Assembly: GCA_038087875.1 (NCBI GenBank)
Contig: CM075988.1
Span: forward strand, 1,550,001 to 1,614,000
Length of the DNA stretch: 64,000 bases
Direction of reading: 5' to 3'
From: Malacoraja senta
Lineage: Eukaryota
Below the pieces are notes generated by a model. That model was given only the letters and a program-made list of their open reading frames with translations, had not been told where the DNA came from and searched no databases. The first letter of the stretch is position 1. The number at the start of each line of letters is the position of its first letter. The translations under genes and the position numbers were made by a program. Positions 1 through 11,299 of the stretch are shown here, piece by piece.

Positions 1-14
1 CAAATTGGGTTAAT

Positions 15-3000
15 GTATCATGCTCAAATACTCGGCTCTGCGGCTGACTGGTCTCTTCAACAATCACATCCCATCCTGCATCCCAATCATTAAACAGCTT
101 GGACTTCTGCGTCGACCCCGTTACATCCACAGAGGCTCTCGACGCAAGCTTGTTTGCTTCGGCCACGGACATTCCATTCCATCCATCTGCTCACTACCAC
201 GCTCAGCCACCCCTCAACCGCGTCAACCCCATCCCAGCTGAGCACATGCACTGTCAACTGGGACAACCTCAGATGTCTCCAGCCTGCCCCCATCCCTCCA
301 CCCTCTCACAATGTCAACTTTGCCCTCCTCAACACCCGGTCGCTCAACAACAAAGTCCTTGCCCTCCATGAACTAATCCTTGACAACACTCTTGACTTCC
401 TTCTGCTCACTGAAACCTGGCAACAACCCAATGCCTTCTTCTCCCTCAACCAAGCATCTCCATCTGGATTTAATTATATTTCCAAACCCCGCCCCTCCCG
501 CCATGGAGGCGGCCTCGCTGTTATTTTCAACCAGAACTTTCCGATCGCTGAACTCCCCCTCCTCCCAGTAGCATCATTTGAATTCCTTGCCTTCAAAGCC
601 CTTTCCTCCATGACAGTCATCCTCATTTACCGGCCACCTAAACCAAACCCCTCCTTCCTATCTGACTTCACTGAACTCCTCACACTTGCCTCATCTTTCT
701 CCCCACGTCTGCTGCTACTTGGTGACTTAAATATTCATATGGACTCCCCCACCTGCAAGTTCGCATCTGAATTTGTTTTTTTACTTGACAACTTCTCTCT
801 CACTCAGCACGTCACCTTTCCCACTCATGACAAAGGTCACATCCTTGACCTGGTCTGCTCCACAAATCAACCGGTACTCGACCTCCATCCATGCCTCTTC
901 CCCCTCTCTGATCATAAGCTTATACGGTTCACCATCCCTTCTCCGACACCTCGCCCCCGCTTCCTCCGAGAAATCACCTTCCGTAATCTAAAATCCATCG
1001 ACCCTCACCATCTCTCTGACCTGCTCTCCACCACTCTCCCCCTGGACTCAACCCACATCTCACCTGATGATCTCACAAACCATCTCAATTCCACCTTGTC
1101 TACCTCCCTTAACACTCTGGCTCCCCTCAAAACAAGAACCGTAACTTTTAATAAATCTTCACCCTGGTACACACCTGCACTTCGTAAGCTAAAACAGACT
1201 GGTCGCCGACTTGAACGACTCATAAAGAAATCACCTCTCACAGTCCACCATGAAGCTTACAAACTCCACCTCACTGCCTACAAAGATGCCCTCATTGCTG
1301 CTAAATCTGCCTACCTCTCCTCCATATTCACCGACCCCTGCCTAAACCACAGAACCCTCTTCTCCACAGTGTGCAACCTCCTCAAGCCTCGAGCCAACAC
1401 TCTCCCTACCTCCACTCCGGATCTCTGCAACTCATTCCTCCACTTTTTTGCTGACAAAATCAGCACCATCTATCAATCTTTATCCCCTGTACCCGACTCC
1501 CCAGCATCTACTCCACCACCTACCAAGGTCCCTCCTTTCAACATCTCCACTGACCTCCTTACCCCTCCTCCTCCTCACTGCTTCCTCTCCCAGTTTGACC
1601 CGGTCACCCCTACTGAAATCTCCAAACTCATTAGCTCTTCCAAACCCACTACCTGCTCCCTCGACCCTCTCCCCACTCCCCTGCTGAAGTCCTGCCTCCC
1701 CGCTCTCTGCCCCTACCTCACTAATCTCCTCAACTCCTCATTGTCCCAAGGAATTGTCCCCTCTGCTTTCAAAACTGCTGCTGTCACACCAATCTTAAAG
1801 AAACCTGGTCTTGATCCCTCCTCTCTCATTAACTACCGCCCTATCTCAAACCTCCCCTTTCTTTCAAAAACCCTGGAGCGTATCGTCGCGTCACAACTTC
1901 ATTCCCACCTCCTCGCGTATAACCTATTCGAACCCCTCCAATCTGGCTTTCGCCCCCTCCATAGCACAGAAACTGCTCTCCTCAAAGTTCTCAATGACCT
2001 CCTTACCTCTGCTGACACTGGCTCCCTCAATATCCTCAACCTCCTCGACCTGAGTGCAGCCTTCGATACCGTGAACCATAACATCCTGCTCACCAGACTT
2101 AGTGACCTTGGCATTGAAGGTTCTGCACTCAGCTGGCTCCGTTCCTACCTTTCCAACCGATCCCACTTCATCTCTCTCCACAACCACACCTCTGCCACAG
2201 CCACTGTCACTCAAGGCGTTCCCCAAGGCTCCGTTCTTGGTCCCCTCCTCTTCATCATCTACATCCTCCCCCTTGGTCATATACTCCGTCACTTCAACCT
2301 GGACTTCCATTGCTATGCTGATGACACCCAGATCTATCTCAGCACCAAGTCCCCCCACCACCCCCCTCTCTCCCATATCAACTCCTGCCTGTCAGCCATC
2401 AAATCTTGGATGCAACTCAACTTCCTTAAATTAAACAGTAACAAAACAGAATTTCTCCTCATTGGCTCCAAATCAACACGCACTAAAATTAACAACCCCA
2501 CTCTCACTATTGACGGCACCACTGTCTCCCCATCTCCTCAGGCCCGCAACCTTGGCGTGATCTTTGACTCAACCCTCTCCCTTGAGCCTCACATCCGCCA
2601 TGTTGTCAAAACATCATTTTTTCACCTCCGCAACATTGCTAAAATCAGATCCTCTCTCACACCCCCCGCTGCTGAAAGACTCATCCATGCCTTCATCTCC
2701 TCCCGACTGGACTACTGTAACTCTCTTCTCTTTGGCATTAATTCCAGCAACATCAACCAACTGGTCCAGAATGCAGCCGCCCGACTCATCACCCACACCA
2801 AATCCTGGCACCACATCACCCCAGTTCTCAAAGAACTTCACTGGCTTCCCATTTCCCACCGGATCATCTACAAAATCCTGGTCCTCACCTACAAAGCCCT
2901 CAACCACTTGGCCCCCCCTTATCTCACTGACCTCCTCTCCCCCTACCAACCCTCACGGTCCCTCAGATCCACATCAGCTGGTCTCCTCTCCACTCCGAAA

Positions 3001-3283
3001 TCAAGCCTCTGCACTTTTGGAGGAAGAGCCTTCTCCAGGGCAGCTCCCAGGCTCTGGAATTCCCTCCCACAACTGATCCGAAATTCTGAGACCCTCACCA
3101 TCTTCCAGTCATGCCTCAAGACCCATCTCTTCACCTCTGCATACCCTTAGTCCCATGTCCCCCTCCCCTTTGCATCTGTGACTTACTGCTTTATTTTTAT
3201 TTTATTTTTTTTACTCTCAATGTAAAGCGACTTTGAGTCCTTGAAAGGCGCTATATAAATAAAATGTATTATTATTATTATTA
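15..3283 (+). mobile_element. L2-clade LINE, near intact
   Basis: Long EN+RT ORF; L2-type 3' tail tgtaaagcgactttgag...aaaggcgctatataaataaa followed by (tta)n; ttaat flanks both sides (10-14, 3284-3288). Confidence 0.9.
154..3150 (+). CDS. L2 ORF2: APE endonuclease + reverse transcriptase (true start probably ATG 20, one frameshift upstream)
   Basis: EN motifs LLTETW, IYRPP, GDLNIH, SDH; RT motifs LDLSAAFDTV, QGVPQGSVLGP, YADD. ORF 20-241 (LGLLRRPRYIHRGSRR) resembles the N-terminus of fish L2 ORF2. Confidence 0.85.
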   Translation: MLRPRTFHSIHLLTTTLSHPSTASTPSQLSTCTVNWDNLRCLQPAPIPPPSHNVNFALLNTRSLNNKVLALHELILDNTLDFLLLTETWQQPNAFFSLNQASPSGFNYISKPRPSRHGGGLAVIFNQNFPIAELPLLPVASFEFLAFKALSSMTVILIYRPPKPNPSFLSDFTELLTLASSFSPRLLLLGDLNIHMDSPTCKFASEFVFLLDNFSLTQHVTFPTHDKGHILDLVCSTNQPVLDLHPCLFPLSDHKLIRFTIPSPTPRPRFLREITFRNLKSIDPHHLSDLLSTTLPLDSTHISPDDLTNHLNSTLSTSLNTLAPLKTRTVTFNKSSPWYTPALRKLKQTGRRLERLIKKSPLTVHHEAYKLHLTAYKDALIAAKSAYLSSIFTDPCLNHRTLFSTVCNLLKPRANTLPTSTPDLCNSFLHFFADKISTIYQSLSPVPDSPASTPPPTKVPPFNISTDLLTPPPPHCFLSQFDPVTPTEISKLISSSKPTTCSLDPLPTPLLKSCLPALCPYLTNLLNSSLSQGIVPSAFKTAAVTPILKKPGLDPSSLINYRPISNLPFLSKTLERIVASQLHSHLLAYNLFEPLQSGFRPLHSTETALLKVLNDLLTSADTGSLNILNLLDLSAAFDTVNHNILLTRLSDLGIEGSALSWLRSYLSNRSHFISLHNHTSATATVTQGVPQGSVLGPLLFIIYILPLGHILRHFNLDFHCYADDTQIYLSTKSPHHPPLSHINSCLSAIKSWMQLNFLKLNSNKTEFLLIGSKSTRTKINNPTLTIDGTTVSPSPQARNLGVIFDSTLSLEPHIRHVVKTSFFHLRNIAKIRSSLTPPAAERLIHAFISSRLDYCNSLLFGINSSNINQLVQNAAARLITHTKSWHHITPVLKELHWLPISHRIIYKILVLTYKALNHLAPPYLTDLLSPYQPSRSLRSTSAGLLSTPKSSLCTFGGRAFSRAAPRLWNSLPQLIRNSETLTIFQSCLKTHLFTSAYP

Positions 3284-3869
3284 TTAATCGTATATTTATT
3301 CAATCTCGTAATTGTGAAAGGTAACGAGGCCCCTAGGATGGAAGCCAATGATAACCCTTGCATAGAATCACGTTCAAAACTTATCCATCCTGGGCATTGG
3401 GTATCTTCTAAATCTTTTGTCCAAAACATTAAATAGCGAGCATTAACTGCCCAATAGTAAAATCTAAGGTTCGGCAGTGCCAAACCGCCGTCTTTATTTG
3501 ATTTCTGATTTTTTTTTAACTTAGTCTGGGATTTTTATTCTGCCATATATATGAAGAAAGTTTTGAGTCAATAATATCAAAGAAAGATTTAGCAATAAAG
3601 ATTGCTATCGTCTGAAATAAATACAAAAATTTAGGTAGGATAAACATTTTAATAGCATTGATTCGGCCAATTAAAGATAAGGACATTGGTGACCATTTAG
3701 TAAACTGTTGTCTGATGTGATCAATTAGGGACGTAAAATTTGATTTAAATAGATCCTTGTGTTTCTTGGTAATCTTAATGCCTAAATAAGTAAAACAGTT
3801 GGTAGTCAATCTAAATGGAAACTGTCCATAATTCGAAATTTGATTGTTGCTAAATCTTTGTTCGCTCAC
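3284..3869 (-). mobile_element. L1-clade LINE ORF2 relic (continues at 1-14)
   Basis: YLGIKIT, GRINAIKMFILPKFLYLFQ and GGLALPNLRFYYWA, typical of the post-RT region of vertebrate L1 ORF2; frameshifted. Confidence 0.8.
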
Positions 3870-4165
3870 TTAACTTATATATATATATCTCCTTCTACTA
3901 CCTTCCTTGGCAGTGTGTTCCAGGCACCTACCATTCTGTGTTTTTTTAAAAACTTACTCCGACAATCTCCTTCAGACTTTCCCCCTTTCACCTTGAATCT
4001 ATGTGCTCTAGTATTTGGCTTTCATCCAGGGGAACAAAACTCTGACTATATCCCCTATCTATGCCTGTCAGAATTGTACAGACTTCTATCAGAGAAAATG
4101 AACCACATTTGTTCAACTCTCCTTCTAGCTGCTATTGTCTAACTGGGCAACATCCCAGTAAACTA

Positions 4166-4352
4166 AGGTACACAAAAATGCTGGAGAAACTCAGCGGGTG
4201 CAGCAGCATCTATGGAGCGAAGGAAATAGGCAATGTTTCGGGCCGAAACGTTACCTATTTCCTTCGCTCCATAGATGCTGCTGCACCCGCTGAGTTTCTC
4301 CAGCATTTTTGTGTACCTTCGATTTTCCAGCATCTGCAGTTCCTTCTTTAAC
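4166..4352. mobile_element. PLE-terminus hairpin mini-element
   Basis: 76-bp inverted arms (4166-4241, 4243-4318) plus a 34-nt unpaired tail; 16-bp direct repeat acatcccagtaaacta at 4150-4165 and 4353-4368. Confidence 0.85.
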
Positions 4353-5145
4353 ACATCCCAGTAAACTATCTCTGCACCCTTTCCAAAGCCTCTGCATTCT
4401 TCCTGTAATGCAGCAACTGGAACTGCACAATATTACAAATGCGGCCTATCCAAAGATTTATACAGCTGCAACATAACTTGCTGCTTTTTATACTGGACCC
4501 TCTTTTTCTAACCAGTAAAAGCAGGTATACCGTACTCCACTCTCACTGCCTTATCAAGACTTTTTGCTTTTTTCATGGAGCTTTGGACTTGCATCCCAAG
4601 TTCCCATTGTACATCAATGAACATGGAACAGTACAGCACATGGCCAGGCCCTTTGGCCCACTTTGTCTGTGCCGAGCATGAAGCCCCCCTCCCCACCATC
4701 ACTGTGTCCCACCTGGACTCGCACCTATTTCCCCCTTCCCCTTCCACTATATTCCTCCCACTGGCTTCATAATTTGCACTTCTTTTCTTATTTCGCACCC
4801 TTTGTCTTTTCACCTCTGGCCTTTGTCCATTACCTCAAACCTGTATCTATCTATTACTCACCAGACTTTGGCCTGCCCTTCCTTCATTACAGTTATCTCT
4901 CCCCCCCCCCACTGCAATCAATCTGAAGAAGCGTCCCAGCCTTGTAATGTGTTCTCAGAGATGCTGCCTGACCCGCTGAGTTACTCCAGCACTTTGTGTT
5001 TTTTATTTGAAAACCATAATGTACAGTTCCTTGTTTCTCCTTCTGCCGTCAGTAGTTGACCAACTTCTATCTGTGATTTATACATAGATAATTTAGTCCT
5101 ATTCAAAGCTTTTAAGAAAATTTTCTGTTTTGATGGAGTAATTTA

Positions 5146-6458
5146 AGTAAGTAAGTAAGTTTATTGGCCAAGTATTCACATACAAGGAATTTGCCTTGGT
5201 GCTCCACCCACAAGTAACAACATGACATACAGTGACAGTTACAAATGACTCAGAAAACACTAAACATTAATAATAATAGAACATTAATGATAAAACACCA
5301 TTGATCAAACACGTGAACCAACAAAATACCAGATCAAAGGGAGGCTACAGATTTTTGGCTGTTGAGTAGAGCAATTACTCGTGGATAAAAACTGTTTTTA
5401 TGGCTGGCTGTGGCAGCTTTGACAGACCGGAGTCACCTTCCAGAGGGAAGTGATTCAAAGAGTTTGTGGCCAGGGTGAGAGGAGCCAGAGATGATCTTGC
5501 CCGCTCGCTTCCTGGCCCTTGCATTGTACAGTTCATCAATAGAGGGAAGGTTGCGGCCAATAATCTTCTCTGCTGATCGGGCGATTCGCTGCAGCCTCCA
5601 GGTGTCGTGCTTGGTGGCTGAGCCAAACCAGACCATGATGGAGAAGGTGAGAACAGACTCTACGATGGCCGTGTAGAATTGGACCACCATTGCCTGTGGC
5701 AGATTGTGCTTCCTCAGCTGCCATAGGAAGTACATCCTCTGTTGTGCCTTTTTGACTGTGGAGTCGATGGTAGCCCCCCACTTAAGGTCCTTGGAGATGA
5801 TGGTTCCCAGGAACTTAAAAGACTCCACAGATGTGACTGTGGTGTTGTTGATGGTGAGTAGGGTGAGGGGAGGGGGAGCTCTCCTAAAGTCTACAACCAA
5901 TTCCACTGCCTTAAGAGCATTGAGCTCTAGGTTGTTGCGACGGCACCAGGACGCCAGCTGTGACACTTCCTGTCTGTAGGCAGATTCCTCCCCATCCTGG
6001 ATCAGTCCAATCAGGGGTGTGTCATCCGCAAACTTGAGAAGCTTGACAGAGGTGTCTGTGGAGGTGCAGTCGTTGGTGTAGAGAGAGTAGAGGAGAGGAG
6101 AGAGTACGCAGCCTTGCGGTGCTCCTATGCTGAGCGTTTGCGCGTCCGAGATGTGCTTTCCCTGCCTCACATGTTGCTTCCTGTCTTTCAGGAAGCTGGT
6201 GATCCACCGACAGAGAGGTTCAGGCACAGTCAACTCGGAATGTTTGGAGTGTAGTAGCTCTGGCACAATGGTGTTGAATGCAGAGCTAAAATCAACAAAC
6301 AGGATCCTCGCATAGGTCCCTGGCGGTCCTGGTGCTGTAGGATGAAGTGCAGGCCCGGGTTGACTGCATCATCCACAGATCTATTGGCCCGATATGCAAA
6401 CCGCAGAGGGTTCAGCAGGGAGTTTGTGATATTTTTCAGATTGGCCAGCACAAGCCTC
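5146..6458 (-). mobile_element. Rex1/Babar-like LINE, 5'-truncated
   Basis: ORF 5433-6266 with GAPQGCVLSPLLYSLYTNDC and KFADDT; ORF 6230-6451 FAYRANRSVDDAV; aataaa plus (ctta)n tail at about 5146-5165. Confidence 0.8.
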
Positions 6459-7191
6459 CTGCTAATTCTCCTGCTTGTGACATTTTCTGCTTGTAAAATT
6501 TAGAATTTCTCCATTTTCAGGACCTCCAGGAAAACTTTATTGGCCAATACAGTGTTCCATAGTACTTTTAAAACATTAATCAGATAGTCTCACAAGGTCC
6601 AAGTTACTGCTGCAAGTTTTCTTTCATTAAAGTCCCAGAAATATGGCAACATATTGTTCCATTTTCAAATTCTTCAGGCTGTTTAGTTCAATTAAGTGAC
6701 GCAAAGCTACATCTTTATACGAAAACAGTAGATAGACCAAATGTGTGAAATATATTTACACCCACAATGCAAGCTCATGTTACCTACTATGACACGTTGC
6801 ACCTGAGGTCACAGAGCACTTACTTTACTGAATTCTTTGGAAGAGTGTAAGAGCCTTTGGTTTTAATTGTTGGTACGATTGCTAATAATTGATACAGCGG
6901 TGGTGACTGATATGTGGGGAGTGTTTGATATGAGGCATTGGCACTTTTCTTTACAACTCACTAGTTTATGGGGTGAATCTTTCTGTCAATCCTTTCTCCG
7001 ACACAACATTTTTTTCTTGCAGTGGGAAGAATGGACATATTTGATATCAGTAATGACAAAAACAACATGATTGTAACACAAGCAAATATTTCAAGCAGGA
7101 TCAAAATTGTAAAACAAAGTGTATTTTGGCATCCTGCTGTGACTAATGTCACTGTGAAGGTTCATTTCCACCATTTGTTCACTGCCATCAG

Positions 7192-7371
7192 GCGTTACAG
7201 CTTGCTGTGAAGCGGCGCTTTGAAGATGCAGATGAACCCGTCGCCAATGGAATGGATCAAGAGGAGAATTCTGCAGTTAACTCTGAGCAGCCAGAAAATG
7301 ATTCAAGTATTGCGAATAACACAACGACCACAGGTCCTGGCGAGGAAGTGCGGCGCCACAAACGCATACGG
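7192..7371 (+). CDS. PRDM10: PRDM10 coding exon (acceptor could instead be 7201)
   Basis: Ends EEVRRHKRIR then donor gtaatt at 7372, phase 0; matches the remembered PRDM10 motif MRRAKRIR that precedes NAALQHLFIRK. Confidence 0.75.
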
Positions 7372-8563
7372 GTAATTGCCAACATCTCCTGTATGTCCTT
7401 AGATTTAAATACAGTTACTTTGTAGATAGAATTTGAACAGGAACTATATTTTTAAAAACTTTGCATATCTGGTACTTGGGTGGGGGAGCCATGGCGATAT
7501 CGATATGGCAACTTGAATTTGGATTTAAGCTGGTTACAGTGTTTCACAACTGTGTATTGGGCTGATTCTCAGTGAACCCTTGCGCACTATGGCAAGGCAC
7601 TAAGAAGAATACCTGTCCTTACAGTAATTCTGTGAACTTCTAATTGCTGAAGTTAGGTCAACTCTTGAGAAGAACATTCCTCCTTGCAGAAAATTCTTGG
7701 GCAAACCTGCACTCATGTTTATAAAAATACTAAAAATGTTTAAGTGAATATTCCGATAATAATAAAACAAATCCATTCATTTTTACTTTATAAAAAAAAT
7801 GTGCATTAGTGAAAGTTCTCTTTCAAATAGTAACTTCTAAATGAAATTGGAGTAACTGCATTCAGTAATGTACAGCAGTTGTGTTGGTGCAGGTTTGAAA
7901 TTACAGAACCTTTTTTATATAATGGTTTTATTGTTAGAGTTTCTCTAGATACCATCTATAGATCATCCATTGATAAATGACAGTTTGTGCTCATGAATGA
8001 GGGCTAATGATGTTACTGGTGTAAAACCTGCCTGAGGGTATAAAATACAAATTGAAAGTGCTGGAAATGATTAGCAGGTCAGGCCACATCTGTGGGTAGA
8101 GAACCAGAGTTTAGGTTTCATGTTTATTTAAGATTTCTAGCATTTGCAGTGTTTTTGATTTTCATTGCCTGAGGATTTGTCAGGCATCTGAGTCTGCAGT
8201 GATCCCAAGTCTGACCTTGCAGCAGGTGGATGCAGAATATATTATAGTAGTGCTAATGTTAAGGAATTGTGGCCCCAACTTCCCATTTTAATATTTGACA
8301 AAGACCTATTATGATATTGACTAAACCCAACTCAGATTAAAAGTTGAATACATTGCTTGTGGGATGCATTGTGTAGAAGTTGTCTAATTTTCCTGTCAAT
8401 AAGCCTCATATGCTTCCAGTATCTTGGTTAATTTTCAATTAGAATTTACATTCAATTGAAATGCTGTTTGTTTGAAGCTGCTTGTTGTCAAGTGAATGAG
8501 TGGCAGGTCTAGTTGTGGTATTGAACTTGATGTCAGTATTTTCTCTTTCCATATGCTTCGCAG

Positions 8564-8575
8564 GTGGATTTCCAG
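8564..8575 (+). CDS. PRDM10: Candidate PRDM10 12-nt microexon (VDFQ)
   Basis: ttttctctttccatatgcttcgcag|GTGGATTTCCAG|gtgggt; frame-preserving; lies where I recall human PRDM10 has the optional LELQ insert. Confidence 0.65.
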
Positions 8576-9218
8576 GTGGGTTTTTCATTGGTTTAAGCAT
8601 GTTGGGCACACCATGGTTTGGGGGGGGAGGGGGGAAATAGACCTAGGAGAGAGGTCATTTGTCTATCTTCTGTAGCTGTTTGCTTGTGAGAATTTGGTGA
8701 CATTTTGTAAAAAAACAAACCGCTGGAGGAACACAGCAGGCTGTGGAAGGAAAGGGGCCGTCGGTGTTTGGGGTCAGGACCGTTCTTCGGACAGATGGAG
8801 TAGACGGGAGATCTCCCCTCTTCTCAGTCAGTCTGGAGAAGTGTCCCCATCCCAACAGTCATCTGTTAATTTCCCACAGATGCTGCTTGACCCACGGAGT
8901 TTCTCCGACAGTTTGTTTTTTTACTCATGATTTCAGCATCTGCAGTCTCTTGTGTCTCCATGATTGTCTCTTGTGTTATTTTCTACTTTCACTCAGTCAC
9001 AGCATTGACTGATTGATTTCCCAATTAAAATGTGCTACTGAATTGTGCCGTTTGTGGTGTGTGTGTGTGTCTATTTCTGCGTGCCTGTGTGTTTGTGCTC
9101 ATAGTACAAATGTTTATTTAAATCACTGGATATTTGTGCATTATTTTGGTCACTACATAAAGAGTATGAGCGGTTGGATTGGCTTGGGTTGCACCACTCA
9201 CGTTGTGGACTTTTTCAT

Positions 9219-10077
9219 ACAATACAATACAATACAATACCATTTATTGTCATTTGAACCTCAAATGAAGTTCAAACGAAATTTGGTTTCTGCAGTCATA
9301 CAAACAAGTAAAAAGAACCAAGACACAACACAATTTACACAAACATCCATCACAGTGAATCTCCTTCTCGCTGTGATGGAAGGCAAAGTCTTATCTCTCC
9401 CCTGCACTCCCCATTCTCCTCCCGATGTCAGAGTCAGAGCCCCCGGCGGGTGATGGAAAATAAGTCCCGCGGCCGTTAAAGCCGCGCCGGGCGATGCAAG
9501 GCCGCGCTCCGGGTCTGGATGTTGGAGCGCCCGGTAGCGCTAGCAAGTCCCGCGGCCATTAAAGCCGCGCCGGGCGATGTTAGACCCAGCTCCAGGTCAT
9601 CTTCAACCCCGCAACTCGGGCGGGAGAAGTTGCCGTTGCGGGAGCCCCGAAAAGCGGTCTCCCACCAGGGACCCGCGAGCTCCCGATGTTACCGTCCACC
9701 ACACCTGCGGCTGGAGTCTCCGAATCTCCGGGGTCGGGTCGCAGCCGCGCTTCACCGCAGCTCTCCACGCTCCGAACTCGGCCAGCTCCACGATGGTGAG
9801 TAGTCCGCAGGCTCCGCGACTGGAGCCCCAGGTCGTTCCGGTTGGAGGCCGCTCCACGGTGCTAGGCCCCAACGACAACGGAGACCCGACAGAGAAAGAT
9901 CGGGTCCTCCATACAGGGAAGAGATTTTTTTAAGTTTCCCCATCCCCCCCCCCGCCCCCCACATATACACAGTTAAAAACAATATAAAAAAACACAAACA
10001 ACTACATTTAACTAGACAAAAATAAAAAAAAGACAGACGGACTGCAGTCGAGCCGCTGCCGTTAGGCGCCGCCACTT
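9219..10077 (-). mobile_element. GC-rich SINE-like non-autonomous retroelement, copy 1
   Basis: (tattg)n tail, aataaa and a 3' hairpin on the - strand; body homologous to 12794-13490 and 57063-57820. Confidence 0.7.
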
Positions 10078-10388
10078 CCATACTTCCATGCATCATTACA
10101 TCTAGGTTGCGGCTTCCTCCTTTCTCTTCATTGTAAATCATGAAAACGGAATTCACACTCTGATCAAAAGAAAAAACCTTTCTGATATCTGACCTAATTT
10201 TCTCGCTTTGTATTTTCAGTCTGCTAGTTGCAATTTAATTTGAATGGCTTTACTTTTTCTACACTGTTTGTTTGAAGTCATGTTGTCAAACCCACTAAGA
10301 CTCATAAACACCAGTGCTTTGTGCATTTCTTCAGCAGTCAAACCCTTGGATTTTACTGTGTGGCTCTTCAGAGTACCTCTTTCAGTTA

Positions 10389-11299
10389 TCGTATTTCCCG
10401 GCAATGAAGACACTATTTTTTACCCTAAAATAAGGCCCGAAAATTTACCTGCGTCTTGGAGGCCGAAGGCTAGTTTGTTAGCTAAGAAAGATAGGCTTGG
10501 GCCAAATCGCTTTTAAAACACGGGGGGGGGGGGGGGGGGGGGACGGACAATGAGGCCTAACACAGGGGTCAGTAACCTACGGCCTGGATCCGCCCCGTAA
10601 CCCGAACTCAAGCAAACCCAGGTGAGCCGACCTGGGAACTGCAGGCAGTCCCGTGGCACGCAACCGACCTGGGAACTGCAGCCAGTCCCGTGGCACGCAG
10701 CCGACCTGGGTGTCACAGCCAGACCTGGGGCAAGCGAGCCGACCTGGGCGCTACAGCTAGTCCTGTGGCCCGCAGGCTTTGCAGGTGTGTGGCGGTTGTC
10801 GGTCAAATGAGAATAAGAATGCTGCTGCCTTGTCAACAGACACGCACAAAAGCAGTTGGTATTAGTTTTGAAATTCTCGTTATCCCTATTTTTGACCTGC
10901 CTCGGAGACAGGACAGTGAGGTGACCAGCTCAAGAGCAAAAATCATAGAGCGGGTCAGCAGGCGATGGATAACAGGACAACGGGCGGTGGAGCATACTCC
11001 TGTGTCAGCGTGAGTAACCTCAATTGGTCCCTTGAACTAGTATTGTCATTCAATAAGATCACAACTGATTCAACTTGTCCGGGTGTGCTCCCGTTTTCCA
11101 CATCATCTCTCCACCTGCCGTCACCCCCCACCCCCCACCCATTTAGTAATTCAGAATGGAGGATATCTGGAAGCCTTGGGCAAATTGAATTGTTACTTTC
11201 TCTATTTTTATTTTTTGAGCGTGAGAAATTCTATGTCCCGCCAGCCTTTTTTTTCAACTCAAAATGTTAGTGCGTCTTCATCATTGCCGGGAAATACGG
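10389..11299. mobile_element. Non-autonomous Tc2/pogo-type MITE
   Basis: TIRs (t/c)cgtatttcccggcaatga(tga)agac; TA at 10387-10388 and 11300-11301; internal ~37-bp tandem repeats at about 10625-10775. Confidence 0.8.
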
